From the NCBI GenBank assembly GCA_028826165.1, contig JAPDFW010000067.1:1-64000 (forward strand): a DNA stretch of 64,000 nt, written 5' to 3'. The position numbers and the translations under genes were made by a program. The notes beneath the pieces are model-generated. The model saw only the letters and a program-made list of their open reading frames with translations, had not been told where the DNA came from and did no database searches. The stretch comes from Anaeramoeba ignava BMAN (Eukaryota; Protista; Anaeramoebae). Of this stretch, positions 34,240 through 46,399 are shown one piece after another (the first letter of the stretch is position 1; every line of letters starts with the position of its first letter).

Positions 34240-37200
34240 AATAATTAATAAATTAATTTTATAATTAATTTTATAATTAAATATTAAATTAAAATAGTAT
34301 TAATTAATAAAATAAATTTATTTTAAATATTTATTTAAATATTTAATCAAAAATTATTAATAATAATAAATATTTAATAATAAAATAATTTAAATTAATT
34401 TTAAATTAATTTTATAATTAAATATTAAATTAAAATAGTATTAATTATTAAAATAAATTTAATTAAATATTTTATTAAATATTTAATAATAATAATAATA
34501 ATAAATATTAAATAATAAATTAATAATAAATTAATTTTAAATTAATTTTATAATTAAATATTAAATTAAAATAGTATTAATTATTAAAATAAATTTATTA
34601 AAAATATTTTAATTAAATATTTAATCAAAAATTAATAATAATAATAAATAAAATATTTAATAATAAAATAATTAATAAATTAATTTTTAAAATTAAATTA
34701 AAATTATTAATTAATAAAATAAATTAAAAATATTTTATTAAATATTTAGTTAAAAATTAATAATAATAATAAATATTTAATAATAAAATAATTAATAAAA
34801 TAATTTTAAATTATTTTTATAATTAAATATTAAATCAAAAATAATATTAATTATTAAAATAAAATTATTAAAATATTTTATTAAATATTTAATCAAAAAT
34901 TAATAATAATAATAATAAATATTTAATAATAAAATTATTAATAAATTAATTTTAAATTATTTTTATAATTAAATATTAAATTAAAATAGTATTAATTAAT
35001 AAAATAAATTTATTAAAATATTTAATTAAATATTTAGTCAAAAATTAATAAAATAATTTAATAAAAAATTAATAATAAAATAATTAATAAATTAATTTTA
35101 AATTAAAAATTAAATTAAAATAATATTAATTAATAAAATAAATTTATTTAAATATTTTTATTAAATATTTAATCAAAAATTAATAATAATAATAAATATT
35201 TAATAAATTAATAATAAATTAATTTTTAAATTAATTTTATAATTAAATATTAAATTAAAATAATATTAATTAATAAAATAAAATTAATAAAATATTTTAT
35301 TAAATATTTAATCAAAAAAATTAATAATAATAATAAATATTTAATAATAAAATAATTAATAAATTAATTTTAAATTAATTTTAAATTAAAAATTAAATTA
35401 AAATAATATTAATTATTAAAATAAATTTATTAAAATATTTTATTAAATATTTAATCAAAAAATTAATAATAATAATAAATATTTAATAATAAAATTATTA
35501 ATAAATTAATTTTTAAATTAATTTTATAATTAAATATTAAATTAAAAATAATATTAATTAATAAAATAAATTTACTAAAATATTTTATTAAATATTTAAT
35601 CAAAAATTAATAATAATAATAAATATTTAATAATAAAAAAATAATTAATAAATTAATTTTAAATTAATTTTTATAATTAAATATTAAATTAAAATAATAT
35701 TAATTATTAAAATAAATTTATTTAAAATATTTTATTAAATATTTAATCAAAAATTAATAATAATAATAAATATTTAATAATAAAATAATTAATAAATTAA
35801 TTTTTAAATTATTTTTATAATTAAATATTAAATTAAAATAGTATTAATTATTTAAAATAAATTTATTTTAAATATTTTATTAAATAATTAATTAAAAATT
35901 AATAATAATAATAAATATTTAATAATAAATTATTTAATAAATTAATTTTTTAAATTAATTTTATAATTAAATATTAAATTAAAATAATATTAATTATTAA
36001 AATAAATTTATTTAAATATTTTATTAAATATTTAATCAAAAATTAATAATAATAATAAGTAAATAATAATAAAATTATTAATAAATTAATTTTAAATTAA
36101 TTTTATAATTAAATATTAAATTAAAATAATATTAATTAATAAAATAAATTTATTAAAATATTTAATTAAATATTTAGTTAAAAATTAATAATAATATTAA
36201 ATATTTAATAATAAAATTATTAATAAATTAATTTTAAATTAATTTTATAATTAAATATTAAATCAAAAATAATATTAATTATTAAAATAAATTTATTTAA
36301 ATATTTTATTAAATATTTAGTCAAAAATTAATAATAATAATAAATATTTAATAATAAATTTATTAATAAATTAATTTTAAATTATTTTTATAATTAAATA
36401 TTAAATTAAAAATAATATTAATTAATAAAAATAAAATTATTAAAATATTTATTTAAATATTTAATCAAAAATTAATAATAATAATAAATATTTAATAATA
36501 AATTATTAATAAATTAATTTTAAATTTTATAATTAAATATTAAATTAAAATAGTATTAATTAATAAAATAAAATTTATTTAAAATATTTAATTAAATATT
36601 TAATCAAAAATTAATAATAATAATAAATATTTAATAATAAATTATTTAATAAATTAATTTTTAAATTATTTTTATAATTAAATATTAAATTAAAAATAAT
36701 ATTAATTAATAAAATAAATTTATTTAAATATTTAATTAAATATTTAATCAAAAATTAATAATAATAATAAATAATTAATAATAAAATAATTAATAAATTA
36801 ATTTTAAATTAATTTTATAATTAAATATTAAATTAAAATAGTATTAATTATTAAAAATAAAAATTATTAAAATATTTTATTTAAATATTTAATCAAAAAT
36901 TAATAATAATATTAAATATTTAATAATAAAATAATTAATAAAATAATTTTAAATTATTTTTATAATTAATTATTAAATTAAAAATAGTATTAATTAATAA
37001 AATAAATTTATTTAAATATTTAATTAAATATTTAGTTAAAAATTAATAATAATAATAAATAATTAATAATAAAATAATTAATAAATTAATTTAATTTTAT
37101 AATTAAATATTAAATTAAAAAATATTTAATAAAATAAAAAATTTAAATATTTAATTAAATAAATCAAAAATTATTAATAATAATAAGTAATTAATAATAA

Positions 37201-38560
37201 AATAATAATTAATAAATTAATTTTTAAATTATTTTTATAATTAAATATTAAATTAAAATAGTATTAATTATTAAAATAAATTTATTAAAATATTTTATTA
37301 AATATTTAATCAAAAATTAATAATAATAATAAGTAAATAATAATAAAATAGTTAATAACAATTTTAAATTAATTTTATAATTAAATATTAAATCAAAATA
37401 ATATTAATTAATAAAATAAAATTATTTTAAATATTTTATTAAATATTTAATCAAAAATTAATAATAATAATAAATATTTAATAATAAATTATTAATAAAT
37501 TAATAATAAATTAATTTTATAATTAAATATTAAATTAAAATAATATTAATTATTTAAATCAATTTTATTTAAATATTTAATTAAATATTTAATCAAAAAT
37601 TAATAATAATAATAAGTAATTAATAATAAAATAATTAATAAATTAATTTTAAAAATTTTATAATTTATTAAATTAAAAATAATATTAATTATTAAAATAA
37701 AATTATTTAAATATTTTATTAAATATTTAATCAAAAATTAATAATAATAATAAATATTTAATAATAAAATAATTAATAAATTAATTTTAAAATAATTTTA
37801 TAATTAAATATTAAATTAAAATAATATTAATTAATAAAATAAAATTATTTAAAATATTTAATTAAATAATTAATCAAAAATTAATAATAATAATAAATAT
37901 TTAATAATAAATTATTAATAAATTAATAATAAATTAATTTTTATAATTAAATATTAAATTAAAATAATATTAATTATTTAAATAAATTCATTTGAATATT
38001 TTATTAAATATTTAATCAAAAATTAATAATAATAATAAATATTTAATAATAAAATTATTAATAAATTAATTTTAAATTAATTTTATAATTAAATATTAAA
38101 TCAAAAAAATAATATTAATTATTAAAATAAATTTATTAAAATATTTTATTAAATATTTAATCAAAAATTAATAATAATAATAAATATTTAATAATAAATT
38201 ATTTAATAAATTAATTTTAAATTATTTTTATAATTAAATATTAAATTAAAATAGTATTAATTAATAAAATAAAATTATTAAAATATTTAATTAAATATTT
38301 AATCAAAAATTAATAATAATAATAAATATTTAATAATAAAATAATTAATAAAATAATTTTAAATTATTTTATAATTAAATATTAAATTAAAATAATATTA
38401 ATTAATAAAATAAATTTATTTAAATATTTTATTAAATAATTAATTAAAAAAATTAATAATAATAATAAATATTTATTAATAAAATAATTAATAAAATAAT
38501 TTTAAATTAATTTTATAATTAAATATTAAATTAAAATAGTATTAATTATTAAAATAAAAA
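34240..38560. repeat. Intergenic satellite, ~140-145 bp unit, ~30 copies, nearly pure A/T
   Basis: The marker AATCAAAAATTAATAATAATAATAAATATTT recurs at ~35170, 35312, 35454, 35599 and 35746. Confidence 0.93.
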
Positions 38561-38717
38561 GGATTAAAACACGTGTAAATAAATTTAAAAGAAAAAAAAA
38601 TTTTTTTTTAATTTTTTTTTTATTCTTCACAGGTAGATTAATTAATTAAATAATAAAATAATAAATAAATTAAATAAAAAAATTAATTAATTTTCTTTGT
38701 TTGTTTGTTTTTAAATA

Positions 38718-38912
38718 GAGCCGTGAAGGATGAAGAATCAGAAATGAAATCGCTCAACTGCCACAGATACTTTATTATTCAATAATTGAGTATCTGCCAA
38801 AACAAAATACAAATATACACACATAATATTGAGCGTAAACAAAAACAATCTACATTAAAAATAGGAAGCGAAATAAGTTTTTAAACCTTATTTCGAGCCT
38901 TGTGGTTGTGAT
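38718..38912. ncRNA. Candidate structured non-coding RNA, family unknown
   Basis: GC-richer island with no long ORF. Stems CGCTCAA/TTGAGCG, CAGATAC/GTATCTG and CGAAATAAG/CTTATTTCG. Strand not determined. Confidence 0.5.
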
Positions 38913-39000
38913 AATTTATTTATTAAACTATTTAAATAAAAAAAATTTTTTTTTTTTTTTCATTTTTTTTCTTTTTTCATTTTTTCTTTTTTTTTTTAAA

Positions 39001-40290
39001 ATGAATTCAAATGATTTGCAATTTTATTCAATTTTAAATTCAATTGAATCAAAATTTAATTGGGAATTTATTCAAAATAATTCCCAATATTTATTTCAAC
39101 CTCAAATTTTATCTTTTCATCCAAAAAAATTATTGAAAAGAAAAGATTTTCATATTTTTTACATTTTTTTAAAAGAATTATTTTTTGAATTTAAAGAAAA
39201 AACAAATCAAAAAATAAATGAATTGGAAGGAAATTTCCAGTTAATAAAAAAACTAATTTACACAAAAAAAAACCAACATAAAAAAACAAAGCATCTTCAA
39301 AAATTAACTGAAGTTAAAAAAACACTCCAAAGATTATTTGAGTTGAATATTTCTGAATTTGCAGTTAAAATACAAAAAATATTTCAAGAAAATGAAGTGA
39401 TTCGAAAAAACACAAATTTACAAACACCAGATTTATATATTGTGAAGTTATTTCGAATCAAATTGCTTTCAGGAGCTCTTCTTATGAAAAATTTATTGGA
39501 ATCAATTATTGATTCGTTTCAAAGATTTGAAATTTTAATTCGACAAACACATTTTATGGCATTTTCACTAGTTTGTGTTTCAGTTTTATCTCAAATTCAT
39601 CAACAAATCAAAACTTTGCAAATGGATTTTGTGGATTCTTTTTATTTGCTTGGAGAGGCTTCAAAATGCTTGAATTATCAACTTCAATCAAACCAAAATT
39701 TGAAGAACAAAAAAAAATCTTCTTCTTTTCAAGAATTTTTTTTATTCAAACAACAATTTATGCAAATAATAGAAATGCCACTTGAAAGATTTTTAGGAAC
39801 TGAATTCCAACGCAAAGAATCTTTTGCAATTGAAAAAATTGCGCAATTAAATATGGAAATTCCCTCTGTTTATAACCATGTTTTTTCAACAGAAAACGAA
39901 GATTTGGGGGAATTTGAAATGAGAAAAGAAGAATCTATTATGAAAAAGGAAGATTCAATCAAACAGGAAAAGACTATTGAAAAATGGAATATTTCAACAA
40001 ATAATGAAAATCAAAATCAAAATCAAAATCAAAATCAAAATCAAAATCAAAATCAAAATCAAAATCAAAATCAAAATCAAAATCAAAATAAAAACTCCTT
40101 TTCTTTCTCAATTAATATTCAACAACCTCAAAATCAAATTATTAATTCTCTTCCTCAACAAATTGAAATTGATGAACAAATCTCAAAGAAAAGAAAAAAA
40201 AGTAAAAACAAAAGATTTGAAAATCTTGTTAAACTCCAACAACCACAGAAACAAAAAAATGAAATTGATGATATTTTTGGAGATTTGTAA
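39001..40290 (+). CDS. NEPRO/Rmp1-like (DUF4477) RNase MRP-associated protein
   Basis: LIYTKKNQHKK..L..V...L.RL, FMAFSLVCVSVLSQI, EDLGE and terminal EIDDIFGDL; true ATG at 39001. Confidence 0.7.
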   Translation: MNSNDLQFYSILNSIESKFNWEFIQNNSQYLFQPQILSFHPKKLLKRKDFHIFYIFLKELFFEFKEKTNQKINELEGNFQLIKKLIYTKKNQHKKTKHLQKLTEVKKTLQRLFELNISEFAVKIQKIFQENEVIRKNTNLQTPDLYIVKLFRIKLLSGALLMKNLLESIIDSFQRFEILIRQTHFMAFSLVCVSVLSQIHQQIKTLQMDFVDSFYLLGEASKCLNYQLQSNQNLKNKKKSSSFQEFFLFKQQFMQIIEMPLERFLGTEFQRKESFAIEKIAQLNMEIPSVYNHVFSTENEDLGEFEMRKEESIMKKEDSIKQEKTIEKWNISTNNENQNQNQNQNQNQNQNQNQNQNQNQNQNKNSFSFSINIQQPQNQIINSLPQQIEIDEQISKKRKKSKNKRFENLVKLQQPQKQKNEIDDIFGDL

Positions 40291-40387
40291 AATAAGAAAA
40301 GAAATTATTAAGTTTTTTGTTTTTTGTTTCTTCAATTTTCATAGAAAAAAAATCACATTTTTTTTTGTGAATAAATAAATAAATAAT

Positions 40388-43300
40388 TCAATAAAGACGA
40401 AAGAAACCTAAACATTCTACAATTACAGGATTTAAGGAAACAACATTTTTAAATTCTTCAAAAGATAAAAAACCATCCTGATCTTTATCAAAATTTGAAA
40501 AAATTTGTTGAGATTGTTTTTTAAGTTCAGATTTGGAAATTTTATCCTTTTCTAATCTTAAAGAAAAAAGAATTTTGACAGTCTCAGAAAAGCTTTTGGA
40601 ATCAATCTTGCCGAGATTTGCGCGATCATAAACACAGAAAGAAAAGTGAATTTTGTCATCAATAGATCCTCTTGTTAAGGAATTTAAAGCGATGACAAGA
40701 TCTTCAAAAGATATTTTTCCTTTTTTGAACCGATCAAAACCAGCAAAAAGGAGATCGATTTTGGGCTGAAGAGATATACCCATTTCTTTTGCGAGAACAT
40801 TGAATTGCTTTCGGGACATTGTTTCTTGTTTGAATTTTTTAGAGAATCTTGAGAACATAAGTTTCAATTCGTATTCTGAAAAATTAGTGATTGCGATAAA
40901 ATTCTCAATGGTGTTTTGAGACAAAGAAAACGGGTTTTGAGGATTATTTGTGTTGGTATCAGAAGTGTTGTTTTGTTGCTCGCTATTTGAATCTGTTTCC
41001 AAATCAGTGTTTTCTGAATGATGGAAATGATCCTCATTCGGGTTATTGGATGAGTCGTTTGGGAGAAAATCTTCAGGATTCTTTAGAATATCAAGATCAT
41101 TGAAATCAATACCATCTGCGTTTGTAATGGATACTTCGATTGCCTTGATCCACTGGATAAATTCTTGTTGGGATTCAGCGAAGAAAATGTACTCGCGATT
41201 TTCAGTTTGGGGGATAATTGTGAAAGAGAGATGTTTGTTTACTATTGTGTCAAAGGGAATAAGTTCTGCACCGTTGAGTTTGATGATGTTAGAGGGGTTT
41301 CTAAGGGTGTCGAATGGGGGAGAATAGTAATAAATGCAGTGGTTTTGGATCTTCATAAATCTTCTTGCGAAAATTTTTTTTTTCTTCAAAAATTTGGAAA
41401 CAAAACCCTCCATTTTGAAGTCCTTCCAAAAACGGGAATCACTTTTGGATCTGAAAGCGGCTTCTGAGATGGATTTGATCCATTTTGAATAGTCGGAATA
41501 TTCATCGACTTCGAGAACAATTTTTTTTCTTCTTGGATGAGTAATTGTGATCAAGAACGGTTTTGCGACTCGAGAACGAGTGCCGATGATCTGGACGTCC
41601 TGCAAAGAAAACGCGCCCTTCATCTTATTCTTAGCCTTTCGTTTGAGCGAGTAACAAAGATATGAGCCGTTGAGAACGAACCAGAGCGATTTTCTTCCAT
41701 AAGGCTGTTTATTTCCATATTCCCTCAAGATCATGAATCCATCAACGGCTTCTTTGGGTTGTGAGTCGAAATTGATTGGCAAATTCGGTGCTATGTGGAG
41801 TTGAGCTGAGTTTGAGATCTCGATCTGCTCAATCAATACTTGTTTCCATGAAGCAACCATGAAGTCCTCGTATTTTTGTCTGAAAATCTGCCGTAAACTT
41901 TCCTTTTGGGTCGCATCTTTTGCGAGATCAATTTGTGTTTTCAGATGATCCAAGTCTGCGTTTTGCGCCAATGGTGCTGTTAAGGGAAACAGGAAGAAAT
42001 CACGTGAAAGTGGATGATGCAAACGTATGATTTTTTGTTTGATTTCTTCGTTGTATTCTTCTTGGATCTGCATTCCCGCAAGTGAAATCATTCCAAAAGG
42101 GATTTCCAGTTCAAATTCGTTTTTATAATAACATAAAACATAGTCATATAGAATGAAATAGCGGACTTTCCAAGTTTTGTATGTTAATCCCTGCTTTTGG
42201 ATGTATCCTTTGAATTTTTGGAATACATCTTTTCCTTTTCTGAATGGCTGAGATTCGAGGATTGTTTGTTGAATCGAATCTATCCAGCTCTGTCGCGATT
42301 CTTCTGATTCGCATTGGAAATAGAATGTTCTTCTTTCTGAGTGATAAATTTGGAATCGGTTTTTTTTCTTATGCTTGAAGCAATATGCTCCGATAAGTGA
42401 TATTACTCCAAGTGGGTTTGTGAAATTATTGTCTGTTTTAAAATAAATCATTGTGCATTCTTTGGTGAGAATGAAGAAGCGGGTTTTCCAATTTTTGTGG
42501 ACTGCTCCTTGTTTTTTGAGCCATCCATTTTTGATTTGGATCTGTTCCAAAATATTTAGTGTTGATTTTGTTTTTGTGAGATTTTGGAGCTGTATTTGTT
42601 TTTGTTTTTGTATTTCATTTTCATTTTCGTTTTCGTTTTCATTTTCAATATCTTCTTCTCCATCTGTTTCAACAGTTTCAGTTTGGAGGTTAATTTCTTG
42701 ATTGTTTTTAAATGATTTATTTAGATTATTTTTATTATTTTGATTTTGGATATTATTATTATTATTATTTTTAAATGGAATATTTAGATTATTTTGATTT
42801 AAATGTGATTGAAATGAAGTTGCTTTTGATAAAGGATTTGGTTTATTTTTAAATGATTTATTTGGGTTTAAATTTGAGTTTGAATGTGATTGAAGTGAAG
42901 TTGCTTTTGATAAAAGATTTGGTTTATTTTTAAATGATTTATTTATATTATGAGAAGGAGATTTATTTATATTATTTTGAAATGGTTTATTTGGATTATT
43001 TTGAGGAGATTTATTTATTTTATTATTATTATTATTTTGATTTTGGAGATTTGAATTATTTTGATTTAAATGTGATTGAAATGAAGTTGCTTTTGATAAA
43101 GGATTTGGTTTATTTTTAAATGATTTATTTGAATTATTATTATGAAATGTTTTATTTGGATTATTTTGAGGAGATTTATTTATATTATTTTTATTATTAT
43201 TTTGAATTTGGAGATTTGGATTATTTTTAAATGATTTATTTATGTTATTTATATTATTATTATTTTGATTTTGGAGATTTGGATTATTTTTAAATGATTT

Positions 43301-43843
43301 ATTTGGATTTAAATTTGAGTTTGAATGTGATTGAAGTGAAGTTGCTTTTGATAAAGGATTTGGTTTATTATTAAATGATTTATTTGGATTATTTTGAGGA
43401 GATTTATTTATATTATTATTATTAAATGATTTATTTGAATTATTATTAAATGATTTATTTGGATTATTTTTAAATGGAGTATTTAGATTATTTTGAGGAG
43501 ATTTATTTATGTTATTATTATTAAATGATTTATTTGGATTATTTTTAAATGTTTTATTTGAATTATTATTTTTAAATGTTTTATTTGGATTATTTTGAAG
43601 AGATTTATTTATGTTATTATTAAATGATTTATTTGAATTATTTTGAGGAGATTTATTTATATTGTTATTATTATTATTATTTATTAATGATTGATTGAAA
43701 TTTTTCTCAAATTTTGTTTTGTTATTCCTCTCTAAATTTATTTTCGAATTTCCAAATGATTTTTGAATTGAATTTTTTAAATTTTGATTTTGATTTTGAT
43801 TTTGATTTTGATTTTGATTTTGATTTTGTTTTTGTGGATTCAT
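40388..43843 (-). CDS. Protein with an N-rich repeat N-terminus, 4 PH domains and a C-terminal NCS/calcineurin-B-like EF-hand module
   Basis: KNGWLKKQGAVHKNWKTRFFIL, KGYIQKQGLTYKTWKVRYF, DGFMIL..WFVL and EGFVSK..RRFM. C-terminal KIHFSFCVYD and DKDQDGFLSFEEF. Confidence 0.85.
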   Translation of the reverse strand: MNPQKQNQNQNQNQNQNQNQNLKNSIQKSFGNSKINLERNNKTKFEKNFNQSLINNNNNNNINKSPQNNSNKSFNNNINKSLQNNPNKTFKNNNSNKTFKNNPNKSFNNNNINKSPQNNLNTPFKNNPNKSFNNNSNKSFNNNNINKSPQNNPNKSFNNKPNPLSKATSLQSHSNSNLNPNKSFKNNPNLQNQNNNNINNINKSFKNNPNLQIQNNNKNNINKSPQNNPNKTFHNNNSNKSFKNKPNPLSKATSFQSHLNQNNSNLQNQNNNNNKINKSPQNNPNKPFQNNINKSPSHNINKSFKNKPNLLSKATSLQSHSNSNLNPNKSFKNKPNPLSKATSFQSHLNQNNLNIPFKNNNNNNIQNQNNKNNLNKSFKNNQEINLQTETVETDGEEDIENENENENENEIQKQKQIQLQNLTKTKSTLNILEQIQIKNGWLKKQGAVHKNWKTRFFILTKECTMIYFKTDNNFTNPLGVISLIGAYCFKHKKKNRFQIYHSERRTFYFQCESEESRQSWIDSIQQTILESQPFRKGKDVFQKFKGYIQKQGLTYKTWKVRYFILYDYVLCYYKNEFELEIPFGMISLAGMQIQEEYNEEIKQKIIRLHHPLSRDFFLFPLTAPLAQNADLDHLKTQIDLAKDATQKESLRQIFRQKYEDFMVASWKQVLIEQIEISNSAQLHIAPNLPINFDSQPKEAVDGFMILREYGNKQPYGRKSLWFVLNGSYLCYSLKRKAKNKMKGAFSLQDVQIIGTRSRVAKPFLITITHPRRKKIVLEVDEYSDYSKWIKSISEAAFRSKSDSRFWKDFKMEGFVSKFLKKKKIFARRFMKIQNHCIYYYSPPFDTLRNPSNIIKLNGAELIPFDTIVNKHLSFTIIPQTENREYIFFAESQQEFIQWIKAIEVSITNADGIDFNDLDILKNPEDFLPNDSSNNPNEDHFHHSENTDLETDSNSEQQNNTSDTNTNNPQNPFSLSQNTIENFIAITNFSEYELKLMFSRFSKKFKQETMSRKQFNVLAKEMGISLQPKIDLLFAGFDRFKKGKISFEDLVIALNSLTRGSIDDKIHFSFCVYDRANLGKIDSKSFSETVKILFSLRLEKDKISKSELKKQSQQIFSNFDKDQDGFLSFEEFKNVVSLNPVIVECLGFFRLY

Positions 43844-44177
43844 ATTTTACAATAAAAAAAAAAGGGAAAGAAAGAAAAATGAAAAAAGAAAAAGAAAAAA
43901 TGAAATTTGTTTTTATTAAATTAAATTAAAATAAAAAATCAAAATTACTAATAAATTATTTTTAATTATTAATTATTTTAAATTTCTTACTCATTTATTC
44001 TTTTTCCAACTCATTTTTCTTTTTTTTTTTATTTTTTTAATTAAAAATTTTTTTTCTTTTTTTTTCATTTTTCATTTTCAAAAATAGTAATTAATAAAAA
44101 TAATAATAAAAATAATAATAATAATAATAAAAATAATTAAAATTAAAAAATAAAATTAATAATAAATCAGACTCAGC

Positions 44178-46006
44178 ATGTCTTTATCAAATATAAAATT
44201 CAAACCAAAGAAACCAATAAACGTTCTTCCAGTTATTACATCACGACTTTTCTCATCTAAACCTTATGTTTTTGTCAACAAAGACACAAAGGTTATTTGT
44301 CAAGGTTTAACAGGAAAACAAGTAAATATTATATTTAGGTTCTTTTTTAAACAATTATAGTTTTTAATAGAAATAAATTCAAAAAAAAACAAATCAAGAA
44401 AACCAGAATAAATCATTTCAATTTCAATTTTATAAATTAATTTTAATTTTGATTTTAATTATAATTTTGATTTTAATTTTAATTTTAATTTTAATTTTAA
44501 TTTTAATTTTAATTTGAATTATAATATTAATTTTAATTTTAATTTTAATTTTAATTTTAATTTTAATTTTATAAATGAATTTTAATTTCAATTTTAATTT
44601 TAATTTTAATTTCAATTTTAATTTTAATTTTAATTTTAATTTTATAAATGAATTTTAATTTTAATTTTAATTTTGATTTTAATTTTTATAAATTAATTTT
44701 AATTTTTAATATTAATTTTAATTTTAATTTTAATTTTAATTTTAATTTTAATTTTAATTTTGATTTTAATTTTGATTTTATAAATTAATTTTGATTTTAA
44801 TTTTAATTTTAATTTTTAATTTTAATTTTAATTTATAATTTTAATTTTAATTTTAATTTTATAAATGAATTTTAATTTTAATTTTTAATTTTAATTTTGA
44901 TTTTAATTTTAATATTAATTTTAATTATAATTTTGATTTTAATTTTAATTTTAATTTTAATTTTAATTTTAATTTTAATTTTAATTTTAATTTTAATTTT
45001 AATTTTAATTTTAATTTTAATTTTAATTTCAATTATAATTTAATTTTAATTTTAATTTTGATTTTAATTTTAATTTTAATTTTAATTTTAATTTTAATTT
45101 TATAAATGAATTTTAATTTCAATTTTAATTTTATTTTTTTAAATGAATTTTTAAATTAATTTAAAGGGAACATTCCACACAGATCAAGCCATCAAATATG
45201 GAACCAAAATGGTTGGAGGAGTATCACCAAACAAAGCCGGAACCTATCATTTAGGATTACCAGTTTTCTCAGACGTGAAAGAAGCAAAAGAAAAAACAGA
45301 TGCTGATGCAACAGTAATTTATGTCCCACCAAAATTTGCAGGAAAAGCATTAATCGATGCAATTGAAGCAGACATGGGATTAATTGTGTGCATTACAGAA
45401 CACATTCCACAACACGACATGATCAAAGTGAAGCGTAAGTTAAAAGAGCATCCAAACTCAAGATTGATTGGGCCAAATTGTCCCGGAATCATCAAACCAG
45501 GCGAATGCAAGATCGGAATCATGCCTGGACACATCCACAAGCCAGGAAAGATCGGAGTTGTATCACGATCAGGAACGTTGACATACGAAGCAGTTGCTCA
45601 AACAACAAAGACAGGACTTGGCCAAAGCACATGCGTTGGTATTGGTGGAGACCCATTTAACGGAACTAATTTTGTTGACGTTCTTTCTCGATTTTTGGAA
45701 GACCCTCAAACAGAGGGTATCATTATGATCGGTGAGATCGGTGGTAATGCCGAAGAAGATGCTGCTGAATTTCTTGCAAAACATAATACTGGAAAAAACA
45801 GAAAACCTGTCGTTAGTTTTATTGCTGGGTTAACTGCTCCCCCAAATAAACGTATGGGTCATGCTGGTGCTATTGTTTCTGGTGGAAAAGGTGGTGCTCA
45901 AGATAAGATTCGTGCTCTTGAATCTGTTGGTGTTAAAATCTCTAAATTCCCTAATGAGATTGGTTATGTTATGCATGATGTTATGAGAAGAGAAGGCAAA
46001 ATTTAA
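44178..46006 (+). CDS. SUCLG1: Succinyl-CoA synthetase alpha subunit with an N-terminal organelle-targeting peptide
   Basis: Exon 1 44178..44321 (..[12 protein letters not shown]) and exon 2 from 45167 (GTFH..GPNCPG..RMGHAG). Basic/Ser leader with RLFSS. Confidence 0.96.
44322..45166 (+). repeat. 845 bp SUCLG1 intron filled by (TTTTAA)n
   Basis: GTAAAT at 44322 and AAAG at 45166; the phase-0 join restores KQ|GTFH. Confidence 0.92.
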
Positions 46007-46399
46007 ATTTTGATCAAAAGGTGAAAAAAAATTTTTTTAATTTGGGAAATTATCAAAAATATTCATTTAATTAAATTTTAACTTTATTACTATTATTTTC
46101 TTATTTTCTTAGTTAGTTAACGATCCAAATTCAATTTCTTTTCCAAAACAAATTAATTCTTTTTACTTTTTTACTTTTTTACTTTTTGGATAACTTTCTC
46201 CTTTTTTTTTTTTACTTTTTTTTTCCATTTTCTTTCTTTTTGATTCCTAGTTTAAATTCGGAAAAAAAATCATTCTTAATTAAATAAAAAAATAACAAGA
46301 TTTTTTTTTAAAATAAATTCCAAAAATTTTTTTCATTTTTTTATTTCTTTATTTCTTTATTTTATTTCTTTATTTCTTTATTATTAAAAATTTTAAAAT

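Noticed and set aside
34215-38576. Yeast-type point centromere (CACGTG, AT tract, CCG)
   Set aside because: The spacing is kilobases rather than ~80 bp, the CCG is in the wrong orientation, and TTCCGA occurs elsewhere in the window.
38718-38912. RNase MRP/P, U3, U17/snR30, SRP, snRNA or telomerase identity for the RNA candidate
   Set aside because: No GAAAGTCCCC CR-I, no complete box C/D set, snR30-like motifs in the wrong order, no SRP helix-8 motif and no telomere template seen.
44410-45135. (TTTTAA)n as an interstitial telomere repeat
   Set aside because: It lacks G-runs and lies inside a normal intron.
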